Of a DNA stretch of 64,000 bases, positions 59,001 to 64,000 are shown piece after piece. A program made the translations under genes and the position numbers. The notes beneath the pieces were generated by a model. It was given only the letters and a program-made list of their open reading frames with translations. It was not told the origin of the DNA and made no database searches. Numbering within the stretch: position 1 is the stretch's first letter; every line of letters begins with the position of its first letter. Source of the DNA: Tatlockia sp. (lineage in GTDB: Bacteria > Pseudomonadota > Gammaproteobacteria > Legionellales > Legionellaceae). The stretch spans positions 3,076 to 67,075 of the forward strand of contig JACCVV010000064.1 in the NCBI GenBank assembly GCA_013697955.1. Reading direction: 5' to 3'.

Positions 59001-60186
59001 GTTGATTCAAATATTGCTGACTATCAATAGCCGCTTGCTTGTCCAGCACCTGGGGTGCTGATTTCTTTGACAAGAGATTCTGATTAAGTAGCGAAGGACT
59101 CTGATAAATAACTGTGCTGTCGATTGGACAATTAAGTGCCTCAATTTCTGACAGAGCCTCTTTAAGCAAATCAGTTTCCGAAATCTGCTCAAACCAGGAT
59201 GCACCAGTACGAATTATCTTTAAGTCGGGCCGAAGCGATGAAGATATTTTGCAGGTGTAGCCTGATAAAGTTTGACCAGGTCCTACTTCAACACAAATCC
59301 TAAGGTCATTCATGGAGCAAATAGTATTGATTCCAGCTTCAAATTGCACTGGTTTACAAAGATGTTCGCCCCAATACTCAGGAGCACTTAGTTGCTCTGC
59401 GGTTATCCACCTGCCGGTAATATTAGAAATATAAGGAATTGCTGGCGGACAAATAGGGATATTTCTTGCACTATCGACTAAATTCTTTGCAGCAGGTCGT
59501 AATAATTCCGAATGAAAAGGATGCGTTGTCCTTAACCGCTGACAAACTATTCCCTCACGCTCTAGCCTGGATCGTAAACGTTCAACAGATTCATGGGTAC
59601 CTGAAACAACAGTAAGATATTTTTCATTTACAGCAGATACCCAGATATCCTCGCCAAGCGAGCCAAGTTCATGGACATTTAAAGGTATGGCTAACATTGA
59701 ACCTGAAGGGAGTTTATCAATCGCAGCAGCCCTTACAGACACTAATTTTACAGCATCCTGAAATGATAAAACTCCAGACAAGCAGGCAGCAACATACTCA
59801 CCAATACTGTGACCAAGCATTGCATCCGGTCTAATGCCAAAGCTCATAAGTTGACGCGCGAGTGCATACTCAATGGCAAAACAGGCAGGCTGAGCTATCG
59901 TTGTGGCTTGGGCATTTAAGTCAGCCTGATTAGTGGTTCTTCCTAATAAAGCAAGCAAATCAACCGTTTCCCCGGTTTTTGAATCTACCTTATTTTTAGG
60001 AAGTTCTTCGGGGTACAAAAACTCAATCAAATCAATATTCAGATGCTTTTTAAAGGCCAAATTCGCACGACAGATCTCTTCCCAAAAAACACCATGCTGC
60101 TCATATAGTGTCCTAAAACTGCCTGGGTATTGATCTCCAACCCCGGGAAAAAGAAAAACGATTCCCGGTTTGCTCATCGGCAGCAT
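53071..60186 (-). CDS. Trans-AT type I polyketide synthase PKS-A: AT-cMT-ACP-KS-DH-KR-ACP
   Basis: 2371 aa with an ATG start at 60184-60186. It overlaps the upstream ACP gene by 13 nt. Motifs are listed in the sub-features. Confidence 0.95.
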   Translation of the reverse strand: MLPMSKPGIVFLFPGVGDQYPGSFRTLYEQHGVFWEEICRANLAFKKHLNIDLIEFLYPEELPKNKVDSKTGETVDLLALLGRTTNQADLNAQATTIAQPACFAIEYALARQLMSFGIRPDAMLGHSIGEYVAACLSGVLSFQDAVKLVSVRAAAIDKLPSGSMLAIPLNVHELGSLGEDIWVSAVNEKYLTVVSGTHESVERLRSRLEREGIVCQRLRTTHPFHSELLRPAAKNLVDSARNIPICPPAIPYISNITGRWITAEQLSAPEYWGEHLCKPVQFEAGINTICSMNDLRICVEVGPGQTLSGYTCKISSSLRPDLKIIRTGASWFEQISETDLLKEALSEIEALNCPIDSTVIYQSPSLLNQNLLSKKSAPQVLDKQAAIDSQQYLNQLAELLLIRYIFDEEDFNKNYSLEVLSEKLNIKDKYQKHFSAVIFLLVKNGWLSNETLIKPTSKFIQQTSYELDQLITDLTRKIKREFPNLDNHIILIQKIFAQYLGVLRGDIEIVQLFFEGDSFSFMEKIYGQSPIAHYLNQVMIEELDEILLENSQKGVVTRILELGAGTGASSIALLPRIAMHKGLVEYYYTDVSQAFLNHGRQRLTQQYPFILFKKLDINNCFEEQGFLPQYFHAILATNVLHVAKDIKKTLKFIDNILEPNSKLIINEATAVSFYLTLTFGLLDGWWEFTNPEDRIEHSPLFDSLYWKKLLDDAHLTVSNLHGVPYDHSENSVSQAVIVGKKNAVDSKKLFPESLSKPEVLRTISACVASILYVDISDLNEAQAFSELGIDSISLIEMVNKLNVQLKIQLQPMDLFEYETIADLAEFICKKTIQKEIPVIVSPEPRQEKKVIVGTEDTCLQDIRAIFSVPKQLQRSVVSHQSIDPENGVDRSNHIAIVGISGQFPDAENIEKFCDNLLNKVDSIRPLSPERQALQDWPNYWQLERSYEGGFLNDIDQFDAEFFNMSPLEAQYMDPQQRLLLQEAWKAFEDAGYTVSQSETQEIGVFIGAKAGNYLDPLQVNREEAGTFFLTGNAAGMLAARISHCFNLRGPSLVVDTECSSSLTAFHLACQSILRKECQSAIAAGIYLLYGPKSHLVLDAAKMLSPSQCKAFDNNADGIAMGEAVGCVVLKPLQDAIRDKNHIYGVVLGSAINHDGKSNGIAAPMTAAQTAVQRKVYEQYAIDPATISYIEAHGTGTKLGDPIEIQSLTNTFRKSVSKNQVCAIGSVKTNIGHTMTASGICGLLKILCAFKEKKLFASLHYQQENQYLNLQQTPFYVETATTEWKQAGPSPRRAAINSFGASGTNVHVVLEEPPIIEQPVYPHQEEYLIVISAKTTVALSNYCKKILDFCQSKLRSLSLPDLAYTLAVGKNHFNKRLGFYALSVSDVVVKLDYFIKNGDLPQPALTSGSPAAREILNDYLLGKDISFKELFSRQGGKIIPLPHYSFAKETHWHRAANTGQVNKVEQQQVQFYDQKNIENSLETFWKNYQPDDPILLGHSINDQKLLPGSYLLDMSYQIAFSGMQAEHWQLSEFVLASSFLVDTEPCRLQMTRAQQQESIVITLFSQQAEQHARAVFIKQKNVPANYLTESVQAISERCDKKLSQKLFYQQLKQHKVVLGKMFQVLDNISYNRNEIISDIKINRLPFSLNTTLPCQLIEGAFQLVACLLSETKDTHYLPFSIEKLVVHKKLDDEHKIYGRIEKESAATQFITLNLFILGQNGDLYASLYGVSFKGIAKALHFPVTQNPHLYYFVPQWDSAEVENKQKMTSLDYEATLFFVNHLEPAYQQGIVVEPGEKFSQFGPRQFTINPLCQSDYDLLFDALLKEKVTLKSLIYNWQLSRDFQQQELFFSEQASSPIMAEMEKLFLLVKSFLKTTWRASCKLAIIAPYNSYVGRLIASSTNSFLKVLTVEHPELKSKLIMISSTLLEQSRDLLRTVEKEMAIESPPGAVYYSESNERLQRQYRLIEQPTEQLHSISFRKKGIYLLAGGLGGIGQKISAYLSKEYQATLIILGRTPMNHSLYESILSIEQGGGRVYYISVDINDCVVLHKTIIEIKKRFGPLNGVIQLAGVLADNFFLYKSQKDFHSVLAPKIKGTLNIDRATADEPLDFFILFSSLASIAAIPGQCDYAAANGFLDEFAGIRTELVQAKKRKGHTIAINWPYWQEGQMLLSKQLQVDMQQAGLDILPDEQGLKALLTLMMQPYSQAVVVYTNDLQPMGNWLMGNETKIYSAPSLVNSEKNEEGILLNKHEEVLENYLVSTLADLIKLSADRISLSDPMEKFGLDSVLALSFVEKLQKNWGPLPKTLLFEHNTLGKVANYLQQNHAPAVNQFNQPVDMTIKESDLVKKLPVSQQIESLSEEMIDGLIEMLSD
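53212..53445 (-). other. PKS-A ACP2 followed by a helical tail
   Basis: aa ~2248-2325; FGLDSV with Ser2285. The tail is SLSEEMIDGLIEMLSD. Confidence 0.85.
53692..54264 (-). other. PKS-A KR (B-type LAD motif)
   Basis: aa ~1975-2165; motifs AGGLGGIG, VLADN, GQCDYAAAN. Confidence 0.85.
54967..55749 (-). other. PKS-A DH (variant second motif)
   Basis: aa ~1480-1740; H1497 in HSINDQKLLP. The DxxxQ position reads IEGAFQ, with Glu1657 instead of Asp. Confidence 0.7.
56251..57510 (-). other. PKS-A KS
   Basis: aa ~893-1312; DTECSSS (C1058), EAHGTGT (H1192), NIGHT (H1232). Confidence 0.9.
57697..57924 (-). other. PKS-A ACP1
   Basis: aa ~755-830; LGIDSI with Ser791. Confidence 0.85.
57967..59034 (-). 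other. PKS-A C-methyltransferase domain
   Basis: aa ~385-740; motifs ILELGAGTGAS, TNVLHVA, LLDGWWEFTNPEDRIEHSPLF. Confidence 0.85.
59227..60168 (-). other. PKS-A N-terminal acyltransferase domain (canonical)
   Basis: aa ~7-320; FLFPGVGDQYPG, GHSIGE (Ser127), Arg152 at the FabD Arg117-equivalent position, HPFHS. Confidence 0.85.
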
Positions 60187-60443
60187 TCCTCAGACTGGGC
60201 CATAGTGTATTCAGTTTTTTTAGCAAGAAAGGCACAGATATTGTGGATCGTATTAAAATTGCTGACTTTTAAATCTTCGTTTTCAAATCTAATGCTAAAC
60301 TGTTTCTCAAGAAAATTTACAATTTGAAGTGCAAAAAGTGAGTTTACAAAGCCGAGCTGAAATATATCACTCTGAGCATCAAGATATTCTACATTGAGAT
60401 GCTTGCACAAAAAATTACGAACCGGTTCTTCGATATGCTTCAT
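60174..60443 (-). CDS. Discrete acyl carrier protein (FkbJ/ZmaD-like position)
   Basis: 89 aa. LGFVNSLFALQIVNFLE carries the candidate phosphopantetheinyl Ser. It sits between the FkbH-like gene and PKS-A with overlapping ends. Confidence 0.8.
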   Translation of the reverse strand: MKHIEEPVRNFLCKHLNVEYLDAQSDIFQLGFVNSLFALQIVNFLEKQFSIRFENEDLKVSNFNTIHNICAFLAKKTEYTMAQSEECCR

Positions 60444-61474
60444 AAAAGGGTACTCTTAATCTTAATATAAGCAGGAATATTCAAAGGATTCTCCATGTTA
60501 CACTCCAAAAGAAAGTTAATATTGTCCGAATGAATTTCTTCAAATCCATTGAATTTATAGGTGATATACATCTGACGATTAACATCGTTTGAAATAAATT
60601 TAGCTTGCAACTTAAGAGAGGCTTTAGAGGCAAGTTGATGTATAAATGCGATTAAGGTGTTCACAATATTGCGCGACATGACTCGACAAGACACCAGCAA
60701 TAAATTTATCACCCAGGCTTCAGCAGTTTTCTCAATCAAAGTTAAACCAATGGTACCGTAAGACCCATATTTATCCTCTAAAGAGCAAGATAGGACCTCG
60801 TGTTTTTCAGAATGCATATAATGATGTAACTCATCATAGGTGTAAGTAATTCCCGTTGTATTTAATTGATTTGTGCGAATAGTTAGTTCCTCAGCACGTT
60901 TTAAGTCATCTTCTGAAATGCGATTGATTGACAGTTGTAAATTCAACTCTTTAAGAAAATCAATATTAGACCCAAAGGATTGCTCAGCCTGCTTCCGTAC
61001 TTCATCAATTTGATAATATTTTCTTCTTTGCGCTGATTCCGCAGTAATAAATCGGGGAATACAGGCTTGGTTGTTAGGGAATTCTAAAGCCTCTTCGGGG
61101 GTAAAAGTCATGACGGTAGGATGTTTTGATTTTACTTCATCCAATTCGAATATTTGATCATCTACAAAAGCGATGGAATCCACAGCAATATTGATATTTC
61201 TAGCAATATTCTCAATAGAAATTGATTTATCATTCCAGTTAATTTCGGGATAAATAAAATAGTCCCATAACCCCAGTTCAATTAGTTTTTTTTCAGCTAA
61301 AACATAATCATTCCTACTTGCAATAGAATGAAGAATTCCGCGATTATCCAGTGTTTTTATGACCTGAACGAGATTTAGATTGAGATAAACAGGCGTATTT
61401 TCCAGAAGCACCCCATCCCAAATAGTATTATCCAAATCCCATATAATACATTTGATTTTATTAATCTTGTCCAT
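60440..61474 (-). CDS. FkbH-like HAD-superfamily phosphatase / glyceryl-ACP-forming enzyme
   Basis: 344 aa. It has HAD motif I (IWDLDNTIWDG) and a C-terminal LLLVSCRVMSRN, which matches the conserved SCRV Cys motif of FkbH/OzmB-type enzymes. Confidence 0.85.
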   Translation of the reverse strand: MDKINKIKCIIWDLDNTIWDGVLLENTPVYLNLNLVQVIKTLDNRGILHSIASRNDYVLAEKKLIELGLWDYFIYPEINWNDKSISIENIARNINIAVDSIAFVDDQIFELDEVKSKHPTVMTFTPEEALEFPNNQACIPRFITAESAQRRKYYQIDEVRKQAEQSFGSNIDFLKELNLQLSINRISEDDLKRAEELTIRTNQLNTTGITYTYDELHHYMHSEKHEVLSCSLEDKYGSYGTIGLTLIEKTAEAWVINLLLVSCRVMSRNIVNTLIAFIHQLASKASLKLQAKFISNDVNRQMYITYKFNGFEEIHSDNINFLLECNMENPLNIPAYIKIKSTLL

Positions 61475-62622
61475 TATTCATAATTTCCTAAAAAACTTTT
61501 CCCGATAAGAAGACGCATAATTTCATTAGAGCCTTCAATTAACTCACATACTTTTGCATCGTGTATAAAACGTCTTATCGGAGAATTTTCGTGATAGCCT
61601 TCTGCACCATAAATTTGTAGGGTGTCGTTGGCTGTTTGAGAGGCAAGTCTTGCACTGACATACTTTGCAATCATCACATCCTCTAGGGCATCTAGAAAAT
61701 TTTGTTCCATTTTAGTGCCTGCATTTTTACAGAGCAAACTGACAATCTTTCGATTCGCGAGCATATCTGAAATCATTGCGCTAATTAATTGAAAATCAAT
61801 GAGCCTGGATCCATCCGGACGGCTTCGCTGTACTTTTTTTTGAACAAGAGAAATGCAGGCATCAATAATGCCCAAGCAGCCACAGGAAACACTATAGCGA
61901 CCTAAGGTTAACGAACGTGTTGCAACAAAACTGAGGCCAATACCGGGCGAACCAATAAATTGTTCTTCTTTAACCAAAACGTCATCAAAACATATTTCTG
62001 CAAGCATTGAAGCCGATTTTCCCAATGCATTTTGAATGGGTTTGATACTGATATTTGGCGAATCCGTTGGCACCAGAATAGCAACAGGATGTTCACCGTT
62101 TAACTTTGCAAAAACTAACAATACATCAGCAACTTGTCCAAAAGACACCCATACTTTGTTGCCTCTCAAATAATAGTCAGATTTTTTTATCAGAATAGTT
62201 TGAATTTTATCAATACTAGAACCCAGATCAGGCTCTGTTAATGCAAATGCAGCAATAATTTTGCCCGCGGCCAACTGTGGCAACCAGGCTCGTTTTTGAC
62301 TTTCATTACCAAAGCCCTGGATCGCCTCAGCAACCATGTCATGAACTGTCAACAAGGATCGTATAGAAGAACAAGCCTTCCCTACCATCCTGGTTAATTT
62401 TCCATAACTCGTATAACTTAGACCCAAACCTCCATACTCCTTATTGATCAACGTCCCAAGCATGTCCTGAGAGGCTATTTTTATAATCAAGTCCAATGGG
62501 AGTTTAGCTTCCAGGGCAAACTGGTTTGCAAAAGGTGCTATTTGTTCTTGAACAAATCTATGCGAGGCTCTAAGAAAGCTGGATTCATCTACTGTTTGAT
62601 CAATTTCATCACATCCTCTCAT
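61474..62622 (-). CDS. Acyl-CoA/acyl-ACP dehydrogenase (FkbI/ZmaE-like position)
   Basis: 382 aa. The ACAD fold is recognisable (AFALTEPDLGSS, YGAEGYHENSPIRRFIHDAKVCELIEGSNEI). Confidence 0.85.
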   Translation of the reverse strand: MRGCDEIDQTVDESSFLRASHRFVQEQIAPFANQFALEAKLPLDLIIKIASQDMLGTLINKEYGGLGLSYTSYGKLTRMVGKACSSIRSLLTVHDMVAEAIQGFGNESQKRAWLPQLAAGKIIAAFALTEPDLGSSIDKIQTILIKKSDYYLRGNKVWVSFGQVADVLLVFAKLNGEHPVAILVPTDSPNISIKPIQNALGKSASMLAEICFDDVLVKEEQFIGSPGIGLSFVATRSLTLGRYSVSCGCLGIIDACISLVQKKVQRSRPDGSRLIDFQLISAMISDMLANRKIVSLLCKNAGTKMEQNFLDALEDVMIAKYVSARLASQTANDTLQIYGAEGYHENSPIRRFIHDAKVCELIEGSNEIMRLLIGKSFLGNYE

Positions 62623-63460
62623 ATTGGTATAATCCTATTCCTGTTTTGCGACCAAACTGACCTTGTTCAACTAAATCGACCAATAATTTAGCTGGCATAT
62701 ACATTTCTTGTTGAAATTCGGAATAAAGTACATTGAGAGAATGAAGAACCGTATCTAAGCCAATCAAATCAGCAGTCATTAAAGGCCCCATTTTATGACC
62801 TAAACATTTAACAAATAATTCATCAATGTGAGCGGCCGTTTGACATAGATTCTCCTCAAAAACCTTGATCGCTTCATTGAGGGTAACCATAAAAACTCTA
62901 TTAATAACAAAACCAGTTTTATCCTCGACTATAACTCCGGACTTTCCCAGTGAAGATAACATTTCACGAGCTCTATCCAAGGTTTCTTGAGAGGTCAAAT
63001 TGGTTCTGATTATTTCGACAAAAGATTTGATGGGGGCAGGGTTCATAAAATGAATCCCTAACATTCGATGAGGGTAATCTATAAAAGGAGTTAAGGATTT
63101 AATTGAAATACAAGATGTATTGATTACAACCAGACAATCGGGCTTGATAATTATTTTTAATTGGCTAAGTAGAGAGCTTTTTAATTCGAAAGATTCGGTC
63201 GTATTGTCAATGAGATAATCACAGCACGCTAACTCACTAATGTCCTGGCTCTTGTGAATAAGTTTTTTTAATTCATCAAGCTTCTTTTTGGGATTGCCAA
63301 AAAAACATTGCGTTTTATAGCTTTGCTCGAGTAATTCGTCAACTTTATTCAATACACTTTGCTGATTATCAATCAATATTACATTATAGTTATGTTCTGC
63401 AAAAACATAGGCAACGCCAATACCCATTGTACCCGCACCAAAAATTCCCACCGTTTTCAA
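62609..63460 (-). CDS. 3-hydroxyacyl-CoA/ACP dehydrogenase, NAD-binding (FkbK/ZmaG-like position)
   Basis: 283 aa. N-terminal Rossmann motif VGIFGAGTMGIGVA, with the 3HCDH-type core (GIHFMNPAP, GFVINR). Confidence 0.85.
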   Translation of the reverse strand: MKTVGIFGAGTMGIGVAYVFAEHNYNVILIDNQQSVLNKVDELLEQSYKTQCFFGNPKKKLDELKKLIHKSQDISELACCDYLIDNTTESFELKSSLLSQLKIIIKPDCLVVINTSCISIKSLTPFIDYPHRMLGIHFMNPAPIKSFVEIIRTNLTSQETLDRAREMLSSLGKSGVIVEDKTGFVINRVFMVTLNEAIKVFEENLCQTAAHIDELFVKCLGHKMGPLMTADLIGLDTVLHSLNVLYSEFQQEMYMPAKLLVDLVEQGQFGRKTGIGLYQYERM

Positions 63461-63504
63461 AATCTTTTATCCTTATATCAACCATTACGAATTTATTAAA
63501 AAAA

Positions 63505-64000
63505 TCAGGAACAAATTATACTTTTATTCAACCAATCTGCGGTTGCATACATCAATTTCTCGGCTATCTTATCGACATGACGGTTGCGCCAATTCTCCAG
63601 GGAAGAGCCCTTAACCCACTGATTGAAAGCTCCGAGCGCTGGTCCTGTATGGATTTGATAATTAACTCGTTGCTGTTTATCCCCTTTCAAAGCTAAGCGC
63701 ATTGAGTGAATAAAATACCATCTGAAAACAAGCGCCATTTTTTGTTTATCATTTTTTTCTGCTCTCTCTATTTCCTGAGGAGAGCTCTGTAGGTAGTAAT
63801 TTTTAGTTTCTGAATAAACCTCTTCGAAGCTTCGTCCAAAATAGGTTGTTTCTATCTGCTGGCGAAGTGTTTCATCGATATCTTCCCATCGGCTATAGTT
63901 GCGCCATAATTCATATAATTTATTAGCACGTGTTGGAAAAAAAACTCCTTTTTTCATAACTTGAACTTTTGCACCTATTTCAAACATATCACCAGCAGGT
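63505..64000 (-). CDS. PfaD-family trans-acting enoylreductase (C-terminal part; gene continues beyond the window)
   Basis: The frame stays open to the edge (..PAGDMFEIGAKVQVMKKGVFFPTRANKLYELW...MALVFRWYF...GPALGAFNQWVKGS). This matches the conserved C-terminal half of PfaD/PksE-type FMN oxidoreductases. Confidence 0.85.
   Translation of the reverse strand, partial: PAGDMFEIGAKVQVMKKGVFFPTRANKLYELWRNYSRWEDIDETLRQQIETTYFGRSFEEVYSETKNYYLQSSPQEIERAEKNDKQKMALVFRWYFIHSMRLALKGDKQQRVNYQIHTGPALGAFNQWVKGSSLENWRNRHVDKIAEKLMYATADWLNKSIICS

Noticed and set aside
48931-60327. Short ORFs on either strand inside PKS-B and PKS-A (48931, 48949, 49545, 52444, 53598, 53647, 55457, 56240, 56438, 56611, 56736, 57099, 57921, 59007, 59933, 60130).
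   Set aside because: They overlap the PKS reading frames, either antisense or in alternative frames. No motifs, and no room for independent expression signals.
19153-64000. Calling the locus a hybrid PKS-NRPS, a beta-branching (HMGS cassette) system, or equating it with a known Legionella polyketide cluster such as the legioliulin locus.
   Set aside because: No condensation, adenylation, HMG-CoA synthase, ECH or phenylalanine ammonia-lyase motifs were seen in any frame of the window. Identity to a published cluster cannot be established without a database comparison.
1-64000. Window-wide look for rRNA, tRNA, CRISPR arrays, transposases, integrases and prophage genes.
   Set aside because: None recognised. 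The only long internal repeats are the paralogous KS, ACP, KR and cMT domain-coding segments of the PKS genes.

Overview
AT-rich window (sampled 60-nt lines are about one-third GC) with two very different halves.

(1) Positions 1-19.1 kb are an accessory-looking mosaic:
- two MATE-type transporters and one MFS transporter, plus a COMT-like O-methyltransferase;
- a short GC-rich two-gene insert (RHH regulator + PHB-depolymerase-family esterase);
- a C39-like cysteine peptidase and a 1140-aa SF1 (Upf1/DNA2-like) helicase;
- several orphan proteins, two of which are paralogues with an F-box-like N-terminus. This gives a Legionellales-style effector flavour, but the taxonomic guess is inference only.

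(2) Positions 19.15-64.0 kb are one tightly packed, largely translationally coupled trans-AT polyketide synthase locus of about 45 kb. It lies entirely on the minus strand and runs off the right edge. In transcription order it encodes:
- a PfaD-type trans-enoylreductase (partial);
- an FkbK/FkbI/FkbH/FkbJ-like unit-supply cassette;
- PKS-A (AT-cMT-ACP-KS-DH-KR-ACP);
- PKS-B (KS-KR-ACP-TE);
- a free atypical AT-like protein;
- PKS-C (ACP-cMT-KS-KR*-ACP-KS0-OMT-ACP-KS-DH-ACP);
- PKS-D (KS-DH-KR-cMT-ACP-KS-ACP-KS-DH-KR-ACP-KS-tail);
- an alpha/beta-hydrolase::methyltransferase fusion;
- a FolD with a long C-terminal extension.

Domain logic suggests an assembly order A>D>C>B that differs from the gene order. 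I recognised no rRNA, tRNA, CRISPR array or IS/transposase. All domain calls come from reading motifs in the supplied translations. Domain borders are approximate (+/- 30 aa). Nucleotide positions of small hairpins may be off by 1-2 nt.
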